64,000 nucleotides of DNA from Bacteroidia bacterium (lineage in GTDB: Bacteria; Bacteroidota; Bacteroidia; UBA4408): NCBI GenBank assembly GCA_020845635.1, contig JADLFI010000026.1, positions 3,329 through 67,328 on the forward strand, given 5' to 3'. The notes below the pieces were generated by a model. That model did not search any database, was not told the origin of the DNA, and saw nothing but the letters and a program-made list of their open reading frames with translations. Positions 9,794-19,316 of the stretch are shown here, one piece after another; positions within the stretch are counted from its first letter, which is position 1; each line of letters starts with the position of its first letter. The translations under genes and the position numbers were made by a program.

Positions 9794-10548
9794 AATACAA
9801 ATATAGCTAAATTATGAATTACCCATGACAGGAATACTCTGCTAAAAATATGTGTTTCAAAGGGAATCAACATATAAAGATTAAACCGTGATCTGCTTCT
9901 ATTTAATCCTGTTACTGTGGGTCTATGGCAGGTTGAATGAAACATCAACTTTACTCAGCTAAACTGATTCAATAGCGCTGTTGCAAAAAAATATTATGTA
10001 GATTTATAAATAGTGGAGTGGAAAGTGTAATTACTTAGTCAGTTGTAGGTTTCTGTTTTTTTTAGTGATTAATTTCTATTTGCTTTTTACAGTCTTAAAT
10101 CTATTTTCATACGTTTATATTTATAATTCTTTGTTTTAAAAAGTTTTTTGAATGTTATAGTCATTAGTATTCTGACAACGAATAAAAATATATCATAATA
10201 ATAAGCACCACAAGTATTAATTCTCCTTTGTAGTAATGTGATTGTGAGCTAGTAAGAATAAATATTTAGGCAAAAGGCAGCTTATAATAACAACTCTATA
10301 TTAAACCTCACTTAGCATTATTTTTTTTCTTGAAATTTCCAAAGTGTATTCAAATAGTTGCTTGATTTGTCTTGCTATTTTGATTATTTATAGCTTTAAT
10401 TATGCTATATTTCGTATTTAGCCTCTTTTTAACTACAATTAAATAGATATTTTATATAATTGCATTAAATATGGCACATAGTTTGTTTATTTAATATAAC
10501 AAATTTCTTCAGGTCGTATTTCTCATTGTTTAATTGAATTAAAATATA

Positions 10549-11133
10549 ATGGAACTGGTTTTTGCCACCCACAATTTGAATAAAGTTATTGAGGTTCAGG
10601 ACATGCTTACTTCGGGAATACAGTTAATAGGTCTTGATCAGTTGGGATTTAATGAAGATATTGCAGAAAACGGGTTGGATTTAAAATCCAATGCTCAAAT
10701 AAAGGCCACTCACATTTATGGTCTTTTCGGGAAAAATTGTTTTGCCGATGATACGGGACTTGAAGTTGATGCCCTGAATGGATTGCCTGGAGTGTATAGT
10801 GCACGTTTTGCGGGAGAACAAAAAAGTGATACCGATAATATCAAATTCCTGCTTGAAAAAATGAAAAGTAAAAGCAACCGCAGAGCTCAGTTTCGGGCCG
10901 TTATTTGTTTGGTATATAAAGGCGATACCATATTTTTTGAAGGAGCCATTGAGGGCGAAATTACCCATGAACCTATTGGTAATGATGGCTTTGGGTACGA
11001 TTCTGTATTTAAACCTAAAGGTTTTGATATAACTTTTGCCCAGATGGACTCTTATCTAAAAAATCAAATCAGTCATCGCTATATTGCCTTCAAAAAATTA
11101 GTAACCTATTTAAATGGGTTAAAAGTTATTTAA
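10549..11133 (+). CDS. rdgB: Non-canonical purine NTP pyrophosphatase (dITP/XTP pyrophosphatase, RdgB/HAM1 family)
   Basis: MELVFATHNLNKVIEV…FADDTGLEVDALNGLPGVYSARF…AQFRAV… shows the canonical Ham1 motifs. The 194-aa length fits the family. Confidence 0.85.
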   Translation: MELVFATHNLNKVIEVQDMLTSGIQLIGLDQLGFNEDIAENGLDLKSNAQIKATHIYGLFGKNCFADDTGLEVDALNGLPGVYSARFAGEQKSDTDNIKFLLEKMKSKSNRRAQFRAVICLVYKGDTIFFEGAIEGEITHEPIGNDGFGYDSVFKPKGFDITFAQMDSYLKNQISHRYIAFKKLVTYLNGLKVI

Positions 11134-11160
11134 CATTACATTGTTAAAGTTAAGTTGTTT

Positions 11161-11196
11161 AAGCCGTAAAAAAGTAATTTTTACGGCTTATTTTTG
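11161..11196 (+). terminator. Rho-independent terminator after rdgB
   Basis: aagccgtaaaaa…tttttacggctt hairpin followed by atttttgtt. Confidence 0.6.
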
Positions 11197-11223
11197 TTAT
11201 GTATATTAAACTAAAACTTAACT

Positions 11224-13950
11224 ATGAAATTAAAGATAGGAATTGTGTTTGGCGGTTTCTCGCGCGAACGCGAAGTATCTTTTGCCGGAGGCAGAACTGT
11301 GTATGATAATCTGAATAAATCGCTCTTTGAAGCAATTCCATTGTTTGTTGACAGTTTTGGAAATTTTATTCAACTTAATTGGGAGTATATTTACAAAGGA
11401 AGTATTCGTGATTTTTACCCGCCTGTATCGTTTATTAGCAATAGTCCCAATCATTATCAGGTTTATGCCGAAAGTTTGATAAAATCTACCGACAAGCAAG
11501 CTGAGAAAATGGCTGAAGGGATTGGGAAAACAATTCCACCCGATAAGTTAATAAACTTAATAGATTTTGCTTTTTTGTGTCTGCACGGCCCTTATGGTGA
11601 AGATGGAACTATACAGGGGTTGTTTGATTATTACGGAATCCCGTATTCCGGCTCCGGAATTTTCCCTTCATCGGTAGGCATTAATAAAATTATACAAAAG
11701 CAACTGATGGCTGAGGCAGGGTTTAATGGCCCTACTTATACCACCATCAGTAAAGAAGAATGGACAAAAAACAATCGCCCCGAAATATTTCATCGTGTTG
11801 CACAGAAAGTTAAATTCCCCTTAGTCATAAAAGCTCCAACACAAGGCTCCTCTATAGGTATAAGTATTCTAAAGAATAGTGATTATGATGGATTTTGTAA
11901 GGCTGTCAATAAGAGTTTTTTCAGAATTGAATTGGAGGCTGAACAATGGAAACACAAAGAGATGTCTCAGAGAGTAGAAGAAGTAAGACAGTGGAGCGAT
12001 ATTAGGGAAGGTATAGGTATGCCTGTACTATTGTCCGGCTTTATGAATAATGAACTAACAGAAGAGAAAATAATTCTACATCCTGAAGATTTATTGAACG
12101 AGTTAAACAATATTTTGAACCATAACACGCTTGCAGTTATTGAAGCGCTTGATGGCGAGCATGAAGTACTTATCGAAGAATTCATTGAAGGCCGTGAGTT
12201 TTCTTGTATTGTGGTTGAGCATTATCAGGATAATAAGCAACAGTTAATTGCACTGCCGCCCACCGAAATAAGAAAAGGACAAGATTTATTTGATTATAGA
12301 TGTAAATATTTGCCGGGTTTAGCACGTAAAATTACACCTATTAACTTACCTTTAGAACAGATAAATGAAATAAGCCACCATTGTAAGAAACTCTTTAAAA
12401 CTCTACGTTTTGACGTATATGCCCGCATTGACGGTTTTATAAACAATTCAGGCAATATATTTTTAAATGATCCCAACACTACTTCGGGCATGATGCCCTC
12501 TTCCTTTTTCTTTCATCAGGCGGCTGAGATTGGTTTAAATCCATCTCAATTTCTCACCTTTATAATCTCTACTTCATTAAAGAAAAGAAGCTTGTCCAAT
12601 AAAAATCAGGATAGAATCATGAAACAATATCTTGATTTATTGAAAAATATTAGACAACAACACAGCCACTCTAACGATAAAATAAAGGTTGCCGTTGTAA
12701 TGGGTGGATACAGTAGTGAAAGACATATCTCAGTGGAGAGTGGTAGAAATATTTATGAAAAACTTTTTTCGTCCGAAAAATATTTACCTATTCCAATATT
12801 CTTAACAGGTAACAGCAACGAGCATATATTATATACCTTACCGGTAAATATTTTGTTGAAGGACAATGCCGATGATATTAAAGAAAAAGTAATCCATTAT
12901 CAAGAACATCCATTTATTACTGCTCTTAAAGAAGAAGCAAGGCCACTGACACGACTCTTTACCGGTGATTTGGAAGTAAAGAAGCCTGAAAAAATACAGT
13001 ACACCTCACTTAAGAACATGGCCGATATTGTGTTTATAGCCCTACATGGTCGCCCGGGTGAAGATGGAGCAGTACAACAAAAATTAGATGAGTTAGGAAT
13101 ACCGTACAACGGTAGTGGGGTACAAAGTTCGCAAACAACCATAAATAAATATCTAACTAATAATATTTTACATCAATCGGGCTTACACACAGCTAAACAC
13201 CTAATGGTTAATGAAACAGAATGGAATCTTCAAAAAGAAAGTGTAATAGATAATATTGAGAAAAACATTGGGTATCCGCTTATAGCTAAACCTGTTGACG
13301 ATGGTTGCAGCAGTGCCGTAAAAAAGATTAAAAATCGAAACGAGTTAGAAGCCTTTGCATTGTTAATTTTTAGAAACGATTTATGCTTGAACGAATCGGC
13401 AGCAGAGAAATTGAAATTAAAAATCAATGAAGAGTTTCCACAAAAAAAAGAGTTTCTAATTGAAGAATTGATAAGTGCAAAAGGAGCAGCCCACTTCATA
13501 GAAATTACAGGAGGCTTGTTAACTCATTATAACGAAAATAAGGAGATAGAATACGAAATTTTTGAGGCTAGCGAGACTTTGGCCGAAGGAGAAGTGCTTT
13601 CGCTTGAAGAGAAATTTTTGGCAGGGCAGGGGCAAAACATTACTCCGGCACGCTATGCCCTAAATAATGAAGATGCCAAAAAAATATCTGCTTTAGTAAA
13701 AAAAGATTTTCTAAAGGCAGCTTTAGCTTTAAATATTGAGGGTTATGCTCGTATTGACGCATTTGTAAGGGTTTACAGTCCCGAAAAAGTAGAAGTTATA
13801 TTCATTGAGGTTAACTCATTGCCCGGAATGACTCCGGCTACGTGCATTTTCCATCAAACTGCCATTAACGGGTATATGCCTTATGAGTTTATAGATAAAA
13901 TATTAGAGTTTGGATTTGAAAGAATTTCATTGAAAAAAGCACTTCTCTAA
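11224..13950 (+). CDS. ddl: Tandem-duplicated D-alanine--D-alanine ligase-like ATP-grasp protein (two complete Ddl-like modules fused in one 908-aa polypeptide)
   Basis: Module 1 (aa ~1-450): KIGIVFGGFSREREVSFAGG…LHGPYGEDGTIQGLFDYYGIPYSGSG…PLVIKAPTQGSSIGISI…EEFIEGREFSC…ARIDGFI…LNDPNTTSGMM. Module 2 (aa ~480-908): KVAVVMGGYSSERHISVESG…LHGRPGEDGAVQQKLDELGIPYNGSG…PLIAKPVDDGCSSAV…ARIDAFV…IEVNSLPGMT. Both halves carry the Ddl N-domain, central ATP-grasp motif and C-terminal motif. Both also have a ~50-60 aa insertion at the same position. Confidence 0.75.
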   Translation: MKLKIGIVFGGFSREREVSFAGGRTVYDNLNKSLFEAIPLFVDSFGNFIQLNWEYIYKGSIRDFYPPVSFISNSPNHYQVYAESLIKSTDKQAEKMAEGIGKTIPPDKLINLIDFAFLCLHGPYGEDGTIQGLFDYYGIPYSGSGIFPSSVGINKIIQKQLMAEAGFNGPTYTTISKEEWTKNNRPEIFHRVAQKVKFPLVIKAPTQGSSIGISILKNSDYDGFCKAVNKSFFRIELEAEQWKHKEMSQRVEEVRQWSDIREGIGMPVLLSGFMNNELTEEKIILHPEDLLNELNNILNHNTLAVIEALDGEHEVLIEEFIEGREFSCIVVEHYQDNKQQLIALPPTEIRKGQDLFDYRCKYLPGLARKITPINLPLEQINEISHHCKKLFKTLRFDVYARIDGFINNSGNIFLNDPNTTSGMMPSSFFFHQAAEIGLNPSQFLTFIISTSLKKRSLSNKNQDRIMKQYLDLLKNIRQQHSHSNDKIKVAVVMGGYSSERHISVESGRNIYEKLFSSEKYLPIPIFLTGNSNEHILYTLPVNILLKDNADDIKEKVIHYQEHPFITALKEEARPLTRLFTGDLEVKKPEKIQYTSLKNMADIVFIALHGRPGEDGAVQQKLDELGIPYNGSGVQSSQTTINKYLTNNILHQSGLHTAKHLMVNETEWNLQKESVIDNIEKNIGYPLIAKPVDDGCSSAVKKIKNRNELEAFALLIFRNDLCLNESAAEKLKLKINEEFPQKKEFLIEELISAKGAAHFIEITGGLLTHYNENKEIEYEIFEASETLAEGEVLSLEEKFLAGQGQNITPARYALNNEDAKKISALVKKDFLKAALALNIEGYARIDAFVRVYSPEKVEVIFIEVNSLPGMTPATCIFHQTAINGYMPYEFIDKILEFGFERISLKKALL

Positions 13951-13995
13951 AAACAGTATCATTTATTCGCTAAATTTGTATCCGTTTGTAATCAT

Positions 13996-14811
13996 ATGAA
14001 TGCATCAAAAAAGAAAATAGTTAAACATGTTGCAATTATTGCAGTTATATATGTTATAAGTATATGGGGCATTTTGTTATGGTTAAAAGACTTTACACAA
14101 CACGGAATAAAAGTAAAAGTGCCTGATGTTTCCGGATTAAAGCCTCAACAAGTTAAAGAACTGAGCAATAAATACGATTTAAAATTTATGATTGTTGATT
14201 CAGTTTATTCTTCTGATAAAGAGAGAGGAACCGTGATTGACCAAAATCCGTCCCCCGGTTCGGAAGTTAAACAAAACAGAAAAGTATATTTAACCATAAA
14301 TTCTTTCCATCCTCCAACTATAAAAATGCCCAAGTTGATTGACCTTTCATATAGACAGGCAAAATCTATCCTAGAAACGTATGGTCTGGTGCCGGGTAAC
14401 ATTATTTATGAACCCGATTATGCAAAAGATGCAGTATTAAAGCAATTATACAAAGGTAGGGAACTAAAACCCGGAGACCCTGTAGTGTTGGAATCTAAAA
14501 TTGATTTGGTTTTAGGTGATGGCCTCAAAGGCGAAAAAATTGATTTACCTTATTTAATAGGCTCAAAAAGAAACGAAGCACTCAATATATTAAAACAAAA
14601 CTCGTTAACAATAGGGGCCGAAGTATTTGATAAATCAGTTAACGATACTACCGCTGCTATTGTTTACAGGCAATTTCCTACTTATTACAACAATGCTCAG
14701 GTAAGTAAGGGTCGTAGTGTTGATTTATTTTTTACCCAAGATGCAAGTAAAATAAAACAGGCTCAAGATTCGGTAAAATTGCGAGAGATTAATGATGAAA
14801 ATAATGAATAA
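13996..14811 (+). CDS. PASTA-domain protein (N-terminal TM anchor plus three PASTA repeats)
   Basis: TM helix VAIIAVIYVISIWGILLWL. The PASTA-like repeats are VKVPDVSGLKPQQVKELSNKYDL…GTVIDQNPSPGSEV, KMPKLIDLSYRQAKSILETYGL…, and IDLPYLIGSKRNEALNILKQNSL…. The ddl-PASTA arrangement is a conserved Bacteroidota synteny. Confidence 0.7.
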   Translation: MNASKKKIVKHVAIIAVIYVISIWGILLWLKDFTQHGIKVKVPDVSGLKPQQVKELSNKYDLKFMIVDSVYSSDKERGTVIDQNPSPGSEVKQNRKVYLTINSFHPPTIKMPKLIDLSYRQAKSILETYGLVPGNIIYEPDYAKDAVLKQLYKGRELKPGDPVVLESKIDLVLGDGLKGEKIDLPYLIGSKRNEALNILKQNSLTIGAEVFDKSVNDTTAAIVYRQFPTYYNNAQVSKGRSVDLFFTQDASKIKQAQDSVKLREINDENNE

Positions 14812-17041
14812 CAATAAATACTACTACACTTTTTTAATCTTTATTACTTTCTTGTTTCTATATGTCAATAGTTATGGACAGGAATATATTACTCCCTTAA
14901 AAACCAATGCCATTTTAACTCAGCAAAATGCTGAAAACAAGGCTAGGAGAGATGCAGATAATAATAATCAATTTTGGATATTTCAGCCCATAACCAATTT
15001 ACCTTTTCAGGACGATTTTAGCCGAATAAAAAGCACCAATTATAATCCTGATGCCTATCCGGCTTCAGCTAAGTCTGATACGGTGTGGCATAGTTGCCGT
15101 ATTAACGGGTTGCTACCGGCTCAATCGCCAATGTATTTTATGAAAGATACATCATATACTTTTCATTACAATAGCGTTAATAATGAAGTCACAAAAACTC
15201 CTAATACCCCATACACTTTAACTTTTTTCGAAAATAAAATTAGCCCTAATACTATTACATCTAGCAAACAGTTTTGGCCTGTATATGATAGTATTAGCTT
15301 TAATACTACCACTCAACTTCCCGATACTTTTTTTATACCTTATGATACTTTAATTAATTACACCTCCGATACATTGCATTACATTAAAGTACAGGCCGGA
15401 TTAGCCAATTGGAAAAACAGTAATGTGTTTTGGAATAATACCTACCCGGTAAATCCTCCAAGTATTGGCGTGGTAACTTTCGATGGAATTGACTCAACAG
15501 GGCTGCCCTATAATTTTGGGGTACAAACGGCTTACGGTAAGGCCGACAGGTTAAACTCAGTGCCTTTTAACTTATCAAATCTATCGCCTACTAACGATAG
15601 TGTCTATTTTAGTTTCTTTTACCAAAGTACAGGATTGGGAAATGCCCCTGAACCTGAAGATTCACTGACTTTGGAATTTAAGACAGCCAACGGAGAGTGG
15701 TTACGTATGTGGGGAACAGCCGGATACAATATTGGTCTTGACAGTGCTTTTAAAAGAAAAATGATACCTATTCAAGACAGCATTTTTTTTCATAAAGATT
15801 TTGAATTTAGATTTACCAATTATGCCACCCTTAGCGGAAATCTTGATCATTGGCATATTGACTACGTGCGCATTGACTTGCATAATGATACCATTATAAA
15901 AGATATTACATGGATATATCCGGGAAAGTCGTTGTTTAGCCAATATCAGCAAATACCTCGAAAACAATATACCGGAAATCAAGCTGACTTTTTTAAGAAC
16001 TATGTCAGAAATTTATTTAATCAACCCATTAATGTTACCTATGCTTTAAGGGTAAAAGATTACTTTGACAATACTTTATTTTCAGTAAATGTAAATAATG
16101 TTGATTTTGCTCCTAATATAATAAACAGTTGCAATTTTTGTAATGAAATTCTCAACCCACTTTACGGAGGTAATTTCTCTTTTCCTATCACCTCTTTGTG
16201 TGCCCGGTATGAGGTTAAAGGCATTATACAAAATATAGCTTCTGAACCCAACCTCAATAACGACACTTTGTATTACACTCAAATATTTGGTGATTGTTTT
16301 GCTTATGATGATGGTAGTGCCGAAGCTGCCTACGGTATTAATTCGCCCTATGCACAAATGGCTGTTAAGTTTAATGCCGTTAATAGTGATACTTTACGTG
16401 CCATTAGAATTTATTTTAATCCTGTGGTGGTTAATTCAGCCGAAATGAATCAGTTTACCCTTGTAGTATGGGAAGTGGACGCTAACGGGAAGCCAGGAGC
16501 AGAACTATATCGGAAAAACGCACCGGATGCTCCACAGTATGTCGGTCAGTTAAACGGATTTGTTGATTATGTTTTAGACACCCCAATAACTATTTCAGGT
16601 AATTTCTTTATTGGAATAGAACAAATAGGTGCCACCGAGCTGAATGTAGGGTTAGACCGAAATACCAATGCTATGCTTATGCAATATTATCAGGCCAACG
16701 GTACTTGGTTTCAAACGCAGTTTGTTGGGTCTTGGATGATGCGCCCTGTATTTGGAGCCTGTCAGGATTTCTTAAGTTCTACTGCGAGTATTACCGATAA
16801 TCCGGAAATTGTTCTTTATCCTAATCCTACCAATGGTTTGGTAAATATTGAATTCAATCAAGATGCAACTTATAGGGTTGAAGTTTATAATATAATGGGT
16901 GAATTGGTAAAGACTCAAACTATAAATAATAATATGACTGCTATTGATTTGAGCAGTTTCAGTGCAGGGGTTTATGGGGTTAAAATTCAAAATCAAAACT
17001 CGGGCAATATCAGCTTCCAAAAAATTCAATTGTCCAAGTAG
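14792..17041 (+). CDS. Secreted protein of unknown function with a T9SS C-terminal sorting domain
   Basis: Signal peptide YYYTFLIFITFLFLYVNSYGQ. The C-terminus IVLYPNPTNGLVNIEFNQDATYRVEVYNIMGELVKTQTINNNMTAIDLSSFSAGVYGVKIQ is a typical Por_Secre_tail. It overlaps the PASTA gene by 20 bp, so the two are probably co-transcribed. Confidence 0.65.
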   Translation: MMKIMNNNKYYYTFLIFITFLFLYVNSYGQEYITPLKTNAILTQQNAENKARRDADNNNQFWIFQPITNLPFQDDFSRIKSTNYNPDAYPASAKSDTVWHSCRINGLLPAQSPMYFMKDTSYTFHYNSVNNEVTKTPNTPYTLTFFENKISPNTITSSKQFWPVYDSISFNTTTQLPDTFFIPYDTLINYTSDTLHYIKVQAGLANWKNSNVFWNNTYPVNPPSIGVVTFDGIDSTGLPYNFGVQTAYGKADRLNSVPFNLSNLSPTNDSVYFSFFYQSTGLGNAPEPEDSLTLEFKTANGEWLRMWGTAGYNIGLDSAFKRKMIPIQDSIFFHKDFEFRFTNYATLSGNLDHWHIDYVRIDLHNDTIIKDITWIYPGKSLFSQYQQIPRKQYTGNQADFFKNYVRNLFNQPINVTYALRVKDYFDNTLFSVNVNNVDFAPNIINSCNFCNEILNPLYGGNFSFPITSLCARYEVKGIIQNIASEPNLNNDTLYYTQIFGDCFAYDDGSAEAAYGINSPYAQMAVKFNAVNSDTLRAIRIYFNPVVVNSAEMNQFTLVVWEVDANGKPGAELYRKNAPDAPQYVGQLNGFVDYVLDTPITISGNFFIGIEQIGATELNVGLDRNTNAMLMQYYQANGTWFQTQFVGSWMMRPVFGACQDFLSSTASITDNPEIVLYPNPTNGLVNIEFNQDATYRVEVYNIMGELVKTQTINNNMTAIDLSSFSAGVYGVKIQNQNSGNISFQKIQLSK

Positions 17042-17068
17042 TGTTTACTTTCACAAATAATATCTAAG

Positions 17069-17623
17069 GTGATACTCGAAATTATTGCAGTAGTATTGGC
17101 TTTACTTTATTTAATTCTGGCAGCATATCAAAGTATTTGGTGTTGGTTGGCTGCGGCACTCAGTTCGCTTATTTATATCAAAATTTGTATTGATTCGCAT
17201 CTGTATATTGAGTCGGGCTTGCAGGTGTTTTATTTTATTATGGCCATTGTTGGATATGTGAATTGGAATAAAAGTAATAAGCAGAAAAAGGTAAGCGATT
17301 TAAGTTTGAAAGAATGGATTGTAGGCATATTGATTTTTGGCACATTGTCTTTAGCTACGGCATACTGGTTTGAACAAAACACTAAAGCTGCACTTCCTTG
17401 GTTTGATGCACCGGTTACTATATTTAGCTTATGGGCTACGTGGTTGGTGGTAAAAAAAATATTACAAAATTGGTTATTATGGATAGTGATTGATGCTACT
17501 GCTGTTTATATTTATATCAACAGGGGTTTAAACCTAACAGCTGCCCTATATGCATTATATACAATTTTGGCTTTTATAGGCTATCTTAAATGGAAAAAAG
17601 TTCAACAGCAATATATAAAGTAG
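17069..17623 (+). CDS. pnuC: Nicotinamide riboside transporter PnuC
   Basis: 184-aa polytopic membrane protein with Trp-rich helices (…SIWCWLAAALS…WATWLVVKK…WLLWIVIDAT…) matching the PnuC family. It overlaps the downstream NadR-like kinase by 34 bp. Confidence 0.7.
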   Translation: MILEIIAVVLALLYLILAAYQSIWCWLAAALSSLIYIKICIDSHLYIESGLQVFYFIMAIVGYVNWNKSNKQKKVSDLSLKEWIVGILIFGTLSLATAYWFEQNTKAALPWFDAPVTIFSLWATWLVVKKILQNWLLWIVIDATAVYIYINRGLNLTAALYALYTILAFIGYLKWKKVQQQYIK

Positions 17624-18123
17624 CCATTGTAGGTCCTGAATCTACCGGAAAATCATGGTTGGCTCAATCGTTAGCTCATTATTATAATGAGCCTTGGGTT
17701 ACTGAACAGGCACGCGCTTACTTAGCCCAAATAGATAGAAATTATAATTTAAACGATATTGTAAAAATAGCCGATTTACAGCTTAAAGCCGAAATGCAAT
17801 TATTACCAGAATGTAGAAAATTCTTGTTTTGTGATACAAGTCTATTAGTAAATAAAGTATGGTCAAATTTTGTGTATAATACCATACCCCCGGAAATAAA
17901 TGAATGGTATAATCCGGAGCACTACCAATTACACCTACTATGCAATATTGACTTGCCTTGGGAATATGACCCTTTAAGGGAACATCCCCATAAACGTCAG
18001 GAACTTTTTGATATTTATGAGAACGAATTAATAAAAGATAAGTGCAATTACCATATAGTAAGTGGTCTTGGTCAAGAAAGATTAAATAATGCTATTGAAA
18101 TTATTGATAAAAACAGGTTTTAA
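17590..18123 (+). CDS. nadR: Ribosylnicotinamide kinase domain protein (NadR C-terminal-domain-like AAA ATPase, kinase-only form)
   Basis: Walker A IVGPESTGKSWLAQSLAHYY…WVTEQAR and the NadR RNK-like remainder. It lacks the HTH and NMNAT domains of full-length NadR. It is paired with pnuC. Confidence 0.65.
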   Translation: MEKSSTAIYKVAIVGPESTGKSWLAQSLAHYYNEPWVTEQARAYLAQIDRNYNLNDIVKIADLQLKAEMQLLPECRKFLFCDTSLLVNKVWSNFVYNTIPPEINEWYNPEHYQLHLLCNIDLPWEYDPLREHPHKRQELFDIYENELIKDKCNYHIVSGLGQERLNNAIEIIDKNRF

Positions 18124-18378
18124 GAAATGATGAGGGGTGTTGGTAATTTATTGATATTGATGATATATTAAATAAATTCATGCTTTTTATTACATATCAA
18201 GTAAGTAGTTGATGATTAAAAAATAATTTTTACCATATTATTTTTATTTGATTATTCCTTTTAATCACACCGAATATTTGATTTTATACTTGATTAATCC
18301 CTATAACATAATCATGATGCAAAACAAGAATACCATTCATATTACGAATACTACACCGTATTAAAACCTGACATATTC

Positions 18379-18417
18379 AGGAAAAATAAAAGCCGAAACA
18401 TAAAATATGTTTCGGCT
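18379..18417 (-). terminator. Rho-independent terminator downstream of the peroxiredoxin gene
   Basis: gccgaaacat…atgtttcggc hairpin. Read on the minus strand it is followed by ttttatttttcc. Confidence 0.6.
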
Positions 18418-18546
18418 TAAAAAAAATCATCTTAATTAAAATTGTCCGGCATATTTGCAAAGAGAATTTTTCTGTTTCAAAATACTTCAGCCAGGTTAAT
18501 TCCTTTTGGCACAATACTAAGCTCTATATTCTCTTTTTACAAATTA

Positions 18547-19176
18547 TTATTTCTTCGCTAAATAATCGGCTACACCATCATGAGTGGCTTTCATAGCCTT
18601 TTTTCCTTTAGACCAGTTGGCCGGACACACTTCACCGTTTTCTTCAAAAAACTGTAAGGCATCAACCATACGCAAGGCTTCATCAACACTTCTTCCAAGA
18701 GGCATATCATTTATTAATATATGTCGTACAATACCATTCTTATCAATTAAAAACAACCCACGGTACGCCACCATAGGGCCATTGGCAGTTATGTTGTTAT
18801 TCTCGTCAACCTGATAATCACCGGCAAGCACATCATAATTCATAGAAATAGTTTTAGTAGTGTCGGCAACAATAGGGTAGGTAACTCCTTTAATTCCGCC
18901 TTTGTCTAAAGCTACTTGTAACCATCCCCAGTGCGATTGTTCTGTATCGGTAGAGCAAGCAACAACAGCAACATGGCGTTTTTCAAACTCTTCTAGGGCA
19001 TCCTGAAAAGCGAGTAGCTCAGTTGGACAAACAAAAGTAAAGTCTTTAGGATAGAAAAAAAGTATAACATACTTTTTTCCAATGTACTGATCTAAGGAGA
19101 AATTGTTTACAATTTCACCACCATTAATAACAGCATCAGCATTAAACGAAGGGGCTTTTTTTCCAATTAGTGACAT
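18547..19176 (-). CDS. ahpC: Peroxiredoxin (AhpC/TSA 2-Cys family)
   Basis: FTFVCPTEL peroxidatic-Cys motif, a resolving Cys near the C-terminus (GEVCPANW), and a 209-aa length. Confidence 0.85.
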   Translation of the reverse strand: MSLIGKKAPSFNADAVINGGEIVNNFSLDQYIGKKYVILFFYPKDFTFVCPTELLAFQDALEEFEKRHVAVVACSTDTEQSHWGWLQVALDKGGIKGVTYPIVADTTKTISMNYDVLAGDYQVDENNNITANGPMVAYRGLFLIDKNGIVRHILINDMPLGRSVDEALRMVDALQFFEENGEVCPANWSKGKKAMKATHDGVADYLAKK

Positions 19177-19316
19177 ATAAAATATATTTAAGATTAATAA
19201 TTATTTTTATTAGTGTTTATGCAAAAATACGCAATTTCAAGCATTAAAAATGCTTTAAGTGGGTAGTTGATGTTAATTGGCAAATATTAGCGTGTATCAC
19301 TAAAAAATGATAAAGA

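Noticed and set aside
18379-18417. Considered the hairpin as a terminator for nadR on the plus strand
   Set aside because: On the plus strand the stem is followed by an A run, not a U run. It works as an intrinsic terminator only for the minus-strand ahpC gene.
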